A stretch of 64,000 nucleotides of DNA from Collinsella sp. (GCA_048430825.1 DBFOLV010000053.1:1403-65402); one strand, 5' to 3'. Numbered from the stretch's first letter, positions 35,461 to 45,414 are shown. Numbers and translations are program-made. Notes: generated from the sequence alone by a model not told the origin.

Positions 35461-36309
35461 CTACACCGCGATGGGAATGTTCTTGACCTGCGGACCGTGC
35501 TCATAGCCCTCGACGATGAGGTCGTCGGTCGTAAACGCATAGAAGTCATGCACGTCGGGATTCAGCGTTACCTTAGGCGCCGCAAACTGCGGACGTTCAA
35601 TAAGCTCGCGGACGATATCGACGTGACGGTCGTAAATGTGAGCATCGGCGATCACGTGCAGCAGCTCGCCGGGAATCATATCGACCGACTGCGCAACCAT
35701 CATGAGCAGAATGGCGTACTGGCACACATTCCAGTTGTTCGCGGCCAAAATGTCCTGGCTGCGCTGATTGAGAATCATGTTGAGCGTCGGCTTGTCATCC
35801 TGTGGGCGCTGCGTGACGTTATAGGTCACGCTGTAGGCGCACGGATACAGGTGCATCTCGGACAAGTCGCTGAACACATAGGTGTTCGTCATAATGCGAC
35901 GGCTATACGGCGTGTTCTTGAGGTCGTACAGCACGCGGTCCATCTGGTCAAAGTCGCCCTCGGCATAATGGCTCTTCTGGCCAATTTGGTACCCGTAGGC
36001 CTTGCCGATGGAGCCGGTCTCGTCGGCCCACTCGTCCCAAATATGGCTGTTGAGGTCATGGACGTTATTAGACTTCTTTTGATAGATCCACAGGATCTCG
36101 TCCATGGCGGACTTGAGCGCCGTACGACGCAGCGTAAGCGCGGGGAACTCCTCGCGCAGATCGTAGCGCGCCGTGACGCCAAAGTTTTTAATGGTATAGG
36201 CAGGGGTGCCGTCCTCCCACACCGGACGGACCTTTTGGCCCTCGGTGGTGGTGCCATGGTCCAAGATATCGCGGCACATGGTTACAAACTGTTGATCAGC
36301 TTTGCTCAT
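35461..36309 (-). CDS. thyA: Thymidylate synthase
   Basis: EILW, IWDEWAD, SRRIM, LYPC, QRSQD, HIYDRH; ATG at 36309 after a GGAGGG SD. Confidence 0.96.
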   Translation of the reverse strand: MSKADQQFVTMCRDILDHGTTTEGQKVRPVWEDGTPAYTIKNFGVTARYDLREEFPALTLRRTALKSAMDEILWIYQKKSNNVHDLNSHIWDEWADETGSIGKAYGYQIGQKSHYAEGDFDQMDRVLYDLKNTPYSRRIMTNTYVFSDLSEMHLYPCAYSVTYNVTQRPQDDKPTLNMILNQRSQDILAANNWNVCQYAILLMMVAQSVDMIPGELLHVIADAHIYDRHVDIVRELIERPQFAAPKVTLNPDVHDFYAFTTDDLIVEGYEHGPQVKNIPIAV

Positions 36310-36392
36310 TGACCCTCCTGTCAGTCGCCTACAAGCGAGATTCATTGTAGCCCAGGCGCACGCGGCCCCACAGCCCAAACATAAGCCCTCAT

Positions 36393-36461
36393 TTTCTGAC
36401 ATATGCCAGAAATTCCTTTCACAAATCCGCAGGTTCGCTATTCTATTGTTGACATATGTCA
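36393..36461. promoter_or_regulatory. Two TGACATATG(T/C)CA palindromic operators
   Basis: TTTCTGACATATGCCAGAAA (36393-36412) and TGACATATGTCA (36450-36461) directly upstream of the DUF134 gene. Confidence 0.75.
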
Positions 36462-36475
36462 GATAAGGAGTGCGC

Positions 36476-37246
36476 ATGGCAGGAAGACGCGAAAAATTGC
36501 GCCGCGTCGGGATCATCCCAGAATATCGCGGTTTTACCCCCGATGGCCTGGCGAGCGGCGACGCCATCGACATGACGGTCGACGAGCTCGAGGTCCTACG
36601 CCTATGTGACCTGGAAGGACTCAATCAGGAGGAAGTCGCCCAGTGCATGGGTATTGCCCGGGCCACGGTGGCGGCAATCTGCAGCCGCTCGCATCGCAAG
36701 GTGGCAAACGCGCTGGTCAATGGACGGGCGATCGTCATCGAAGGCGGCAACATCGCGTACTCCCCCATCACCACGACAACGGCCGCATGGCCAGCAAAGG
36801 AGGTCGGCACCATGAGGGTGGCAACGACGTACGACAACGGCAACATCTTTATGCACTTTGGCCGCAGCGAACAGTTCAAGATCTACGACATCCAGGACGA
36901 CAAGGTCCTCAACGAGCAGGTCGTGGGCACCGGCGGCACTGGTCACGGTGCATTGGCGGGTCTGCTTGCCAACGGTGGCGTTGACACGCTCATCTGCGGC
37001 GGTATCGGCGGCGGCGCCATCAACGCGCTTACCCAGGCCGGCATCACGGTCTATGCAGGCGCCCAGGGCAGCTGCGACGCCTGCGTCGAGGCACTCATTG
37101 CCGGCACGCTCGCACAGACCGGCGAGGCCACCTGTGGCTGCCACGGCCACGACCACGACCACGAGCACATCCAAGAGCACGGCGGATCCTGCGGTTGCCA
37201 CGGCCATCAAGAGAACGAGGGCCACGAGGGCTGTGGCTGCCACTAG
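36476..37246 (+). CDS. DUF134 HTH protein fused to a NifB/NifX-family domain and a His/Cys-rich tail
   Basis: DELEVLRLCDLEGLNQEEVAQCMGIARAT...IVIEGG (DUF134); HFGRSEQF..LICGGIG (NifX-like); CGCHGHDHDHEH tail. Confidence 0.88.
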   Translation: MAGRREKLRRVGIIPEYRGFTPDGLASGDAIDMTVDELEVLRLCDLEGLNQEEVAQCMGIARATVAAICSRSHRKVANALVNGRAIVIEGGNIAYSPITTTTAAWPAKEVGTMRVATTYDNGNIFMHFGRSEQFKIYDIQDDKVLNEQVVGTGGTGHGALAGLLANGGVDTLICGGIGGGAINALTQAGITVYAGAQGSCDACVEALIAGTLAQTGEATCGCHGHDHDHEHIQEHGGSCGCHGHQENEGHEGCGCH

Positions 37247-37300
37247 CGGCAAATGCTCTGGCGTCAAGACGTGCCATTCGCGCAACAAGCCACACAACGA

Positions 37301-37337
37301 CGAAGGCCGCTTGGAATACCATCCAGGCGGCCTTCGC
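37301..37337. terminator. Hairpin between the convergent DUF134 gene and ffh
   Basis: CGAAGGCCGCTTGGA / TCCAGGCGGCCTTCG inverted repeat. Confidence 0.6.
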
Positions 37338-37358
37338 CATACACGACTCTACCAGTCG

Positions 37359-38834
37359 CTACTTTTTATTACGCATCTGCGCTTCCATCTGGCGCAGCAG
37401 GTCCATATCGGACTTGGGGCCGCCCGTTCCCAGGCCGCCCATGCCGCCCAGGCCCATGGCATCCAGACCGGGAATATTGGGCATGCGCATCTTTTTGCCC
37501 TTCTTACCCTTCTTGCCCTTCTTGCCGCCGGCCTGTGCCTGATTGGCCATCGTGCGCATGCGGCCCATCATCTTATTCATCTCGCCCCACTGCTTCATAA
37601 GGCTATTGACCTCGGTGGGGGTCACGCCGGCGCCCTTGGCAATGCGGGCACGGCGCTGGCCATTGATGATGGAGGGACGCAGGCGCTCCTCCTTGGTCAT
37701 CGACATGATAATGGCCTCATTCTTATCGAAGATGCCCTCGTCCAGGTTGCCACCCATCTGGTTGAGCGCACGCTGGCCACCGGGGAGCATGCCCAGGATG
37801 CCCTTCATGCCACCCATCTTCTTGACGGCCTTCATCTGGTCGAGCATGTCGTTCATGGTGAAGCCCTCGCGCAGCATGCGCTCGGCAGCCTCGAGCTGCT
37901 CGGCGTCGGCCGCCTCCTGGGCCTTCTCAATAATGCCGACAACGTCGCCCATGCCCAGAATGCGCTTGGCCATACGATCGGGATAGAACGGCTCCAGCGA
38001 ATCGGGTTTCTCGCCCATGCTCACGAACTTGATGGGCTTACCGGTCACCTGGCGCACGGAAAGTGCGCCGCCGCCACGGGCGTCGCCGTCGAGCTTGGAG
38101 ATGATCACGCCGTCAAAGTCGGTGCTCTCGGCGAAGGTCGAGACGACGTTGACGATATCCTGGCCGGTCATGGCATCGACGACCATCAGCACCTGATCGG
38201 GCTTGACGGCCTTCTTGATGTCCACGGCCTCCTGCATCATCTGCTCGTCGATCTGCAAACGACCGGCGGTATCGACGATGACCACGTCACGCAGGCGGTC
38301 GACGGCTTCCTGGATGGCGCCCTTGGCGATATCGACCGGGTGCGCGCCGTCACCGCGGAAAACCGGCACGCCGATCTCGCCACCAAGCGTGGCCAGCTGG
38401 TCGGCAGCGGCGGGACGGTAGACGTCGCACGCAGCGAGCAACGGCGAGCGGCCCTGCTTCTTGAGCAGGTAAGCCAGCTTTACGGCAGCCGTGGTTTTAC
38501 CGGAGCCCTGCAGACCCACAAGCATGATGACATTGGGAATACGGTTGCTAAAGACGAGCTTGCTCTCGGTTGAGCCAAGCATCTCGGTGAGCTCGTCGAG
38601 CACGATCTTGACGACGTTTTGCGCCGGCGACAGCGACTCCATGACCTCGGCGGTCATGCAGCGCTCCTTGGTCTTGGCGACGAACTCCTTGACGACCTTG
38701 AAGTTGACGTCGGCCTCGAGCAGCGCCATGCGAATATCGCGCATGGCCGAAGTAATATCGGCCTCGGTCAGCTTGCCCTTGCCGCGCAGGCGGTCAAATG
38801 TGTCGTTGAGGCGATCGCTCAGGGAATCAAACAC
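37359..38834 (-). CDS. ffh: Signal recognition particle protein
   Basis: LLEADV, GLQGSGKTT, DTAGR, RILGMGD and Met-rich M domain. Confidence 0.97.
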   Translation of the reverse strand: MFDSLSDRLNDTFDRLRGKGKLTEADITSAMRDIRMALLEADVNFKVVKEFVAKTKERCMTAEVMESLSPAQNVVKIVLDELTEMLGSTESKLVFSNRIPNVIMLVGLQGSGKTTAAVKLAYLLKKQGRSPLLAACDVYRPAAADQLATLGGEIGVPVFRGDGAHPVDIAKGAIQEAVDRLRDVVIVDTAGRLQIDEQMMQEAVDIKKAVKPDQVLMVVDAMTGQDIVNVVSTFAESTDFDGVIISKLDGDARGGGALSVRQVTGKPIKFVSMGEKPDSLEPFYPDRMAKRILGMGDVVGIIEKAQEAADAEQLEAAERMLREGFTMNDMLDQMKAVKKMGGMKGILGMLPGGQRALNQMGGNLDEGIFDKNEAIIMSMTKEERLRPSIINGQRRARIAKGAGVTPTEVNSLMKQWGEMNKMMGRMRTMANQAQAGGKKGKKGKKGKKMRMPNIPGLDAMGLGGMGGLGTGGPKSDMDLLRQMEAQMRNKK

Positions 38835-38844
38835 TAGTCACTCC

Positions 38845-39762
38845 TTAATTGGACTCGCCCACCAGGGCGCGGCAGAAATCTTTGGCATTGAACTCCTGCA
38901 GGTCATCGACCTGCTCGCCCACGCCCACGCGCAGGATCGGGAGCTTGAGTTTCTCGGCCACGGCCATGGCGATACCGCCCTTAGCCGTGCCGTCGAGCTT
39001 AGTCATGATAATACCGTCCAGGCCCAGCGCCTCGTTAAACTCGAGCGCCTGGTTCAGACCGTTTTGGCCCGTCGCGGCGTCGATCACAAGCACGACCGAA
39101 ACCGGCATGGGACCGGCGGCCATATTGGCGGCGCGCTTACGGGTCACATTGACCACCTTGGCAAGCTCGCGCATGAGCTCAGGGCTCGTGTGCAGACGGC
39201 CGGCGGTATCGATAAGCACCAGGTCGCTGCCGCGCTTGTCAGCCTCGTCGAGCACGTCGTAGCAAACACTTGCCGGGTCGGAGCCGCGGTCGCGCTTGAT
39301 GACGGGGACGCCAGCGCGCTGGCCCCACACATCGAGCTGTTCGATGGCGGCGGCGCGGAACGTATCGGCAGAGCCGATCACGACGTTCTTGTCGCGGGCG
39401 GCCATGGCGCTCGCGATCTTACCGACTGTCGTGGTCTTGCCGGCGCCGTTGATGCCCACAAACAGCACGCAGCTCGGCGTATCGGAAAACGGATCGCGCT
39501 CGATGGGCACAAAGTGCTGTTCGAGCTGCTCGGCTAGGGCACGACGGAGCTGCGGGGCGGTCTTGAGGTTCTTCTTGGCCGCGGCATCGCGCAGGTCATC
39601 GGACACCTTGATCGCGACCTCGGCACCCATGTCACCCATAACGAGGGTGTCCTCTAGGTCCTCCCAAAAATCTTCGTCGACCTCGCCGCCAAAGTAAAAG
39701 ACCTCGTTGAGGGCCTCGCGGCTGCGCTCAAGTCCGCGCGAGAGAGCATCGAAGAATCCCAT
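38845..39762 (-). CDS. ftsY: SRP receptor FtsY (NG domain only)
   Basis: GINGAGKTT, DTFRAAA, DTAGRL, TKLDGTAKGG. Confidence 0.97.
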   Translation of the reverse strand: MGFFDALSRGLERSREALNEVFYFGGEVDEDFWEDLEDTLVMGDMGAEVAIKVSDDLRDAAAKKNLKTAPQLRRALAEQLEQHFVPIERDPFSDTPSCVLFVGINGAGKTTTVGKIASAMAARDKNVVIGSADTFRAAAIEQLDVWGQRAGVPVIKRDRGSDPASVCYDVLDEADKRGSDLVLIDTAGRLHTSPELMRELAKVVNVTRKRAANMAAGPMPVSVVLVIDAATGQNGLNQALEFNEALGLDGIIMTKLDGTAKGGIAMAVAEKLKLPILRVGVGEQVDDLQEFNAKDFCRALVGESN

Positions 39763-42700
39763 TATGCATTCACGACCTTTCCGGTTTCGCGATCGAGTTT
39801 TTGCGAGACGACGCGACTGACGCCGTCGGCTTGCATCGAGACGCCGTAGAGGACGTCAGCATCCTCCATAGTACGGCGCTGATGCGAGATAACCAAGAGC
39901 TGCGTATCGGAACGCAACACATCGAGCGCGCCGATGAGCTTGGACAGGTTGGCGTCGTCGAGCGCCGCCTCGACCTCGTCCAGTACATAGAACGGCACCG
40001 TGCGCGTGCGATACACGGCAAAGAGCAGGGCGAGCGCCGTCAGGCTCTTCTCGCCGCCCGACATGAGCATCATCTTGGTGATGCGCTTGCCGCGCGGCTG
40101 CGCCACGACCTCGATACCCGTCTCGGCAGGATGCTCGGGATCGGTCATCTCCAGATGAGCCTGGCCGCCCGGGAAGAGCATAGCGAAGATCTCGCGGAAG
40201 TTCGCGTCGACCTTCTCAAACGTCACCAGGAACGCCTTGCGCATCTTACGGTCGATAGCCACGGTGATCTTGGTGAGCGCCTTGCGCGCGCTCTCCAGAT
40301 CGGCCAGCTGCTCCTCGATGTAGTCGGCGCGGCGCTTGAGCTGCTCGTACTCCTCCATGGCAACTTGGTTAACGGGACCAAGGTTGTTGATCTGGCGCAC
40401 AAGCTGGTTGAGTTCACGCTCGGCGGCATCGCGGTCCGTGGGCGCCGGAAGCATGAGTGCTTCCTCGAGTACCGTGGTGCCATCGGCGGTAATGGCCTTA
40501 ATGGCGGCTTCTACCTGCACCTCGAGCTTACCACGCGCGACCTTGAACTCGTTTTGCGTGGCGGAAGCGGTATCGACTCGCTCCTTAGCGCGGGCAACCT
40601 CTGCCTTGGCATCCTCGATGGTCTTCTTGAGCGAAGCGGAGTCCGCCTCCTCGAGCGAAGCCTGGTCACGCAGACGCGCAGCCCAATCCGAGGCACGCTC
40701 CAGCAAGGCCGAATAGCGCTCGTGCATGGGGTCGACGCGCAGGCGCAGCAGCTCGAGCGAGCGCGAGGCCTGGCGTGTTCCGCGTATACGACGGTCGATG
40801 CCCTCAAGACGATGCTCCAGGTCGGGCACGCGGCCCTTCAGCGAACGCAGGCGTTCGCTCGTCTGGGCTAGGCGAACCTTGGCGTCGGCGAGCTTGCCGG
40901 CAGCCTCGGAATCGTCACGGCGAACGCGGTCGAGTTCGTCGTTGGCCTCGGCAATCTGCAAGCCCAGATCGCTTGCCTGCGCGCGAGCCTCGTCACGCGA
41001 ACGGGTGAGCTCGTCCACGCGCGGGCGCGAAGCGCGAACGGCCTCGGAGGCCTGCTCGCGGCGCTTGGAGATGCGCACGCGCTCGACCTCGGCATTGTTG
41101 GCGCTTTGCTCCAAGCGGCCGATCTCGGAGAGCAGCGAGCGGCGCTCGCCCTCAAGACGGGCAATCTCACCGGCGGCATCGCCCTCAGCGGCACGCGCTT
41201 CCTCAACGGCCGCATTGGCCTCAACGACCTGGCCTGACACATGTTCAAACACAGCGGCCAAATCGGGCTCCAAGCCCTCCAGCTCGCGAATGCGACGCTT
41301 GCGCTCCAGAGCACCCGACGCCTCGCCGGCATCGAGGCCCACGCGCACAAGGCCGCCGCAGCTTACGCGAGCGCCATCGGGAGTCACGTAGGTCACACCG
41401 TCAACGACAGGCGCGGCCAGCGCGGCAACCAAGTCATCGACCACGTAATAGCCGCCGAGCAGCGCCTCGACAATCGGGCCATAACCGGCACGCACGGAAA
41501 GGCGATCGACCAGACGCGAACCGGCAGCGCCCTCGGCGGCAGCAGAGCCGCTCACGCCGCGTGCCATCAGCAGCGCCTCACCCGAGGCCTTCTTCTGGTC
41601 CAGAGCGGCACGACCGGCACGCTCAAGCGCAGACGTATCGTCGAACAGCAGTGCATCGATATCGCCGGCGAGCAATTGCTCAACCAGGCCCTCAAGCTCG
41701 CGCGGGGCCTCGAGCACGTCGCCCAGACGACCCGTTACGTCATCGCCCAGCGCACCCACCAGACGGCTCACGAGCGGCGAGCTGTCGGCCATGCGGGCAT
41801 CGAGTTTCTTTTGGCTGGCAAGCTCCGAGCGCACCTCGGATAACTTGTTGCGCGCCTCGCTCTCGCGGGCACGCAGGTCCTTCAGGGCCGCGCGTGCCGC
41901 CTCGGTGGCCTCACGCGCATCGGCCTGGGCCTGGCGCGCTTCCTCAAGAGCACCCTCAAGCTCCTCTGCGCGGTTGCGACGGCTCTCGAGCGAGGCCGTG
42001 ACCTCCTCGAGCTGCTCGTCAATCTGCTCCAGGCGCGAGGCATACATGTTGTCCTCGACCTCGGCATTGCTCAGCGAGTCCTTCACCTTGGCGAGCTCGA
42101 GCGCGGCGTTGTCGGCTACGCGCTGCACATCGCGTTGTTCACGCGTGAGCTTCGAAATCTGATTGTCGAGCGCCACGCGCCGCTCGTGGAGCTCTGCGGC
42201 GGCAGGACCAGCGGCGTCAACGTCCTCCTGGGCCTGCATGTGCGCGCCGGTCACTTCCTCAAGCTGCGCACGCGCGTCCTCGAGCTCCTCGACCACGCGA
42301 CGACGCTGATGCTCGGAGCTCGAAATCTGCCCGCGCATGTCAGACAGGCGCGACACCATGTTGTGGCCCTTTTCCTCGAGCAGGCGCATGTCGGAGTTAA
42401 TGCGGCCGACCACATCTTGCATATGGCGGCGCTGCTCGCCCAGATCGCCCACAAACAGGCCCTTTTCCTCGAGCATGACCTGGAGCTTCTCGAGCTCGCG
42501 CTCCTTTTCGCCCATGCGGTACTGCGCAAGCTCCAGCTCGGCGGCACCTTCCTTGGAGCGGCTCTCCAGGTCGTTCCACTGCGACTGCAGCGAACGCAGC
42601 TCGTCGACAGCCAGCATCTGCGTAAGCTCGTTCGCGCGCGAGGACAACTCTTTGTACTTGCGCGCACGATCGACCTGACGCTCCAGCGGTCGCAGCTGAC

Positions 42701-43298
42701 GGGCGATTTCCTTATTGATGTCGCGGGCACGCGTCAGGTGCTCGTCCATCGACTTAATCTTTTTGAGCGCACGCTCCTTGCGGCGCTTGTGCTTGGAGAT
42801 GCCGGCGGCCTCCTCGATGAGGGCGCGGCGCTCCTCGGGGCGGCTCTGCAAAATGGCGTCGAGCTTGCCCTGGCTGATGATGGAATGCGTATCCTTGCCC
42901 AGGCCCGAATCGTGCAAGATGTCCTGAATGTCCATCAGGCGGCACGGGCTCGAGTTGATGAGGTACTCGCTTTCGCCCGAGCGATACATACGACGGGTGA
43001 TGGCGACCTCGTCAAAATCGACGGGCAGCATATGGTCCGAGTTATCGAGCACAAGCGTGACCTCGGCGACACCCACCGGCTTGCGCGCTGACGAGCCCGA
43101 GAAGATGACATCCTCCATGGCCTGGCCGCGCAACTGCTTGGCGCTCTGCTCGCCCAGGACCCACAGGATGGAGTCGGAGATGTTCGATTTTCCCGAGCCG
43201 TTGGGACCGACGATGACGGTCAGGCCCGGCTCAAACGTCATATGGGCGCGGTCGGCAAACGACTTGAACCCTTTGAGCGTGAGGGACTTGAGATACAC
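39762..43298 (-). CDS. smc: Chromosome segregation protein SMC
   Basis: GFKSFA, GPNGSGKSN, coiled coils, MSGGEKSL, LDEVEAALD. Confidence 0.97.
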   Translation of the reverse strand: MYLKSLTLKGFKSFADRAHMTFEPGLTVIVGPNGSGKSNISDSILWVLGEQSAKQLRGQAMEDVIFSGSSARKPVGVAEVTLVLDNSDHMLPVDFDEVAITRRMYRSGESEYLINSSPCRLMDIQDILHDSGLGKDTHSIISQGKLDAILQSRPEERRALIEEAAGISKHKRRKERALKKIKSMDEHLTRARDINKEIARQLRPLERQVDRARKYKELSSRANELTQMLAVDELRSLQSQWNDLESRSKEGAAELELAQYRMGEKERELEKLQVMLEEKGLFVGDLGEQRRHMQDVVGRINSDMRLLEEKGHNMVSRLSDMRGQISSSEHQRRRVVEELEDARAQLEEVTGAHMQAQEDVDAAGPAAAELHERRVALDNQISKLTREQRDVQRVADNAALELAKVKDSLSNAEVEDNMYASRLEQIDEQLEEVTASLESRRNRAEELEGALEEARQAQADAREATEAARAALKDLRARESEARNKLSEVRSELASQKKLDARMADSSPLVSRLVGALGDDVTGRLGDVLEAPRELEGLVEQLLAGDIDALLFDDTSALERAGRAALDQKKASGEALLMARGVSGSAAAEGAAGSRLVDRLSVRAGYGPIVEALLGGYYVVDDLVAALAAPVVDGVTYVTPDGARVSCGGLVRVGLDAGEASGALERKRRIRELEGLEPDLAAVFEHVSGQVVEANAAVEEARAAEGDAAGEIARLEGERRSLLSEIGRLEQSANNAEVERVRISKRREQASEAVRASRPRVDELTRSRDEARAQASDLGLQIAEANDELDRVRRDDSEAAGKLADAKVRLAQTSERLRSLKGRVPDLEHRLEGIDRRIRGTRQASRSLELLRLRVDPMHERYSALLERASDWAARLRDQASLEEADSASLKKTIEDAKAEVARAKERVDTASATQNEFKVARGKLEVQVEAAIKAITADGTTVLEEALMLPAPTDRDAAERELNQLVRQINNLGPVNQVAMEEYEQLKRRADYIEEQLADLESARKALTKITVAIDRKMRKAFLVTFEKVDANFREIFAMLFPGGQAHLEMTDPEHPAETGIEVVAQPRGKRITKMMLMSGGEKSLTALALLFAVYRTRTVPFYVLDEVEAALDDANLSKLIGALDVLRSDTQLLVISHQRRTMEDADVLYGVSMQADGVSRVVSQKLDRETGKVVNA

Positions 43299-43308
43299 GG
43301 TTCCTCGC

Positions 43309-44034
43309 TTACACGTGCTTCTTATTGAGAATCACGCCGTTGGTGGTGTAACCCATACGGTCGAGCGCCTCAAGCGCGGCGGCTCCCTCGGCTTCCTTCT
43401 TAGAGGAACCGGAGCCGCGACCCTGGCGAATACCATCGATCAAAACCACAGCGGTAAAGGTGGGCGCATGCGCCGGGCCCTCGGAGCCAACGAGCTTGTA
43501 CGCCGGAGGTTCGTGACCGTCGGCTTGCACACACTCCTGCAAAAACGACTTGGGGTTCGCGGGGTGCTCGGCACGCTCGGTGGCCAGGTGCGGCTTAAGC
43601 GTACGGTGAATGAACTCCGCCGCCGTATCCCAGCCGGCATCCAGGTACAGCGCGCCCACGAGCGACTCATAGACGTTCTCGAGGGCCGAATGCAGGCCGC
43701 GCGCACCGGTACCGGTCTCGGAGGCACCAAAGATGATGATGTCGTCAATGCCCAGCTCGTGAGAAACCTCGGACAGCGTAGCGCCCGAGACAAGCGACAC
43801 CTTCAGGCGCGTGAGCTTGCCCTCGTCAAACTCCGGATAGGACTCAAACAGGGAGCGTGCGACCACAGCGCCCAAAATGGAATCGCCCAAGAACTCAAGG
43901 CGCTCATAGCTGGCAGAAACCGGCTGGCCCTCGACTGCCGAGGGATGCGTAAGCGCCGCGCGCAGCAGCACCTTATTGTTGAACTCGTGGCCCAGAATCT
44001 CCTGGGCGCGCGTAAGTCGTTCGGATAAAGCCAA
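43309..44034 (-). CDS. rnc: Ribonuclease III
   Basis: ALTHPS, YERLEFLGDSIL and dsRBD (NPKSFLQE, SKKEAE). Confidence 0.97.
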   Translation of the reverse strand: MALSERLTRAQEILGHEFNNKVLLRAALTHPSAVEGQPVSASYERLEFLGDSILGAVVARSLFESYPEFDEGKLTRLKVSLVSGATLSEVSHELGIDDIIIFGASETGTGARGLHSALENVYESLVGALYLDAGWDTAAEFIHRTLKPHLATERAEHPANPKSFLQECVQADGHEPPAYKLVGSEGPAHAPTFTAVVLIDGIRQGRGSGSSKKEAEGAAALEALDRMGYTTNGVILNKKHV

Positions 44035-44037
44035 GAC

Positions 44038-44280
44038 TTAGGCCTCCTTGGCAGCTTCGATAGCGTCGACGGCGTCGGCGACAGAGTTGAGCGAGAGCAG
44101 GGTCTCGTCATCGATCTCGAGGTTGAACTCGTCCTCGATAGCCGTAACCAGCTGCAGGCGCTCGAGCGAGTTGGCATCGAGGTCGTCAAAGGTGGTCTCA
44201 TCGCTAATTTCGGCAACATCGACGCCCAGAACGTCAGCAGCGACCTCGGCGATCTTGTCGAAGATTTCGGAGCGGTCCAT
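44038..44280 (-). CDS. acpP: Acyl carrier protein
   Basis: 80 aa, acidic; DLDANSLE (DSL variant) and IEDEFNLEI; lies between plsX and rnc. Confidence 0.9.
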   Translation of the reverse strand: MDRSEIFDKIAEVAADVLGVDVAEISDETTFDDLDANSLERLQLVTAIEDEFNLEIDDETLLSLNSVADAVDAIEAAKEA

Positions 44281-44394
44281 AGCGCTTCCTCTCATAGTGC
44301 ATGAATACCAAAAGAATGGTACCGCCCGGGCGGTACCAAGACACGGTTCTGATTCTACCCCACGACGCACGCCCCGAGGCGCATAACGCCGCTG

Positions 44395-45414
44395 TTATAA
44401 AACGATACCGTCCATAGAGTTGGCGACATTCTCGACCAGCCCCGCGCGCACGGCTTCGGCCGCCGCGAGCGTACCGTTTTTGACAGCCTCGACCGAGGTG
44501 GCGCCATGGCCGATCAGGACCACGTCACGCAGGCCCAAAAGAATCGCGCCGCCCTTGGCGTCGCCCGAAAGCTTGGCCTTAATCTCGCGCATCTGCTTTT
44601 TGATGAGCAGCGCGGCAATCTTGGTGCCGAGCGAAGACATAAAGGCGCCCTTGAGCTCCTGCAGTAAAAACTTGGCAGCGCCCTCGGTGGCCTTGAGCGC
44701 AATATTGCCCGACATGCCATCGGCAACGACGACATCGAAGTTACCTGAGGTGATGTCCGTTCCCTCGCAGTTACCAACAAAGCCGGGAACGGCGGCTTTC
44801 ATGGCCGGGAAGCAGGCCTTGGTAAAGTTGGAGCCCTTCTCGTCCTCGGTGCCGTTGGCAAGCAGGCCCACGCGGGGATGCTCGATGCCCAGGACGACGC
44901 GGGCATAGGCGCTACCCATCTGGGCAAAACGTACCATATCGTCAACCTCGACATCGGGGTTGGCGCCCATATCGCACAGCACCGTCAGACCGCCGGCGCG
45001 ATTGGGCAGCGCATTGGTCAGACAGGGGCGCACCGGCTGCTTCTTGCCTTCGGCCTGATACCTAAACGGCGTCACATAGGCGGTGGCGGCGGCGGTCATG
45101 GCGCCGGTGGAGCCGGCAGAGAAGAACGCGTCCGCATTACCCTTCTTGATGGCGCGACACGACAGCACGATCGACGACTTGCGTTTGGTCATCACGGCGC
45201 GAATGGGATCGTCATCCATGGCGATAACGTCAGGTGCCTCAAGGGCCTCAACACGTGCATGGGAAGCGGCAAAGGGATTGACGATTTCGGCGGGGCCAGC
45301 TGCCAAGACCTCGATATCGGGATCGGCGGCAAGTGCAGCCTCGATACCATCGAGAACAACCTGAGGTTTCTCGTCTCCGCCCACAACGTCTACACAAACG
45401 CGAACGTTACTCAT
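44395..45414 (-). CDS. plsX: Phosphate acyltransferase PlsX
   Basis: VDVVGGD, SAGSTGA, DMGAN, GTEDEKG, FVGNCEG, GNIALK, GAILLGL. Confidence 0.95.
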   Translation of the reverse strand: MSNVRVCVDVVGGDEKPQVVLDGIEAALAADPDIEVLAAGPAEIVNPFAASHARVEALEAPDVIAMDDDPIRAVMTKRKSSIVLSCRAIKKGNADAFFSAGSTGAMTAAATAYVTPFRYQAEGKKQPVRPCLTNALPNRAGGLTVLCDMGANPDVEVDDMVRFAQMGSAYARVVLGIEHPRVGLLANGTEDEKGSNFTKACFPAMKAAVPGFVGNCEGTDITSGNFDVVVADGMSGNIALKATEGAAKFLLQELKGAFMSSLGTKIAALLIKKQMREIKAKLSGDAKGGAILLGLRDVVLIGHGATSVEAVKNGTLAAAEAVRAGLVENVANSMDGIVL

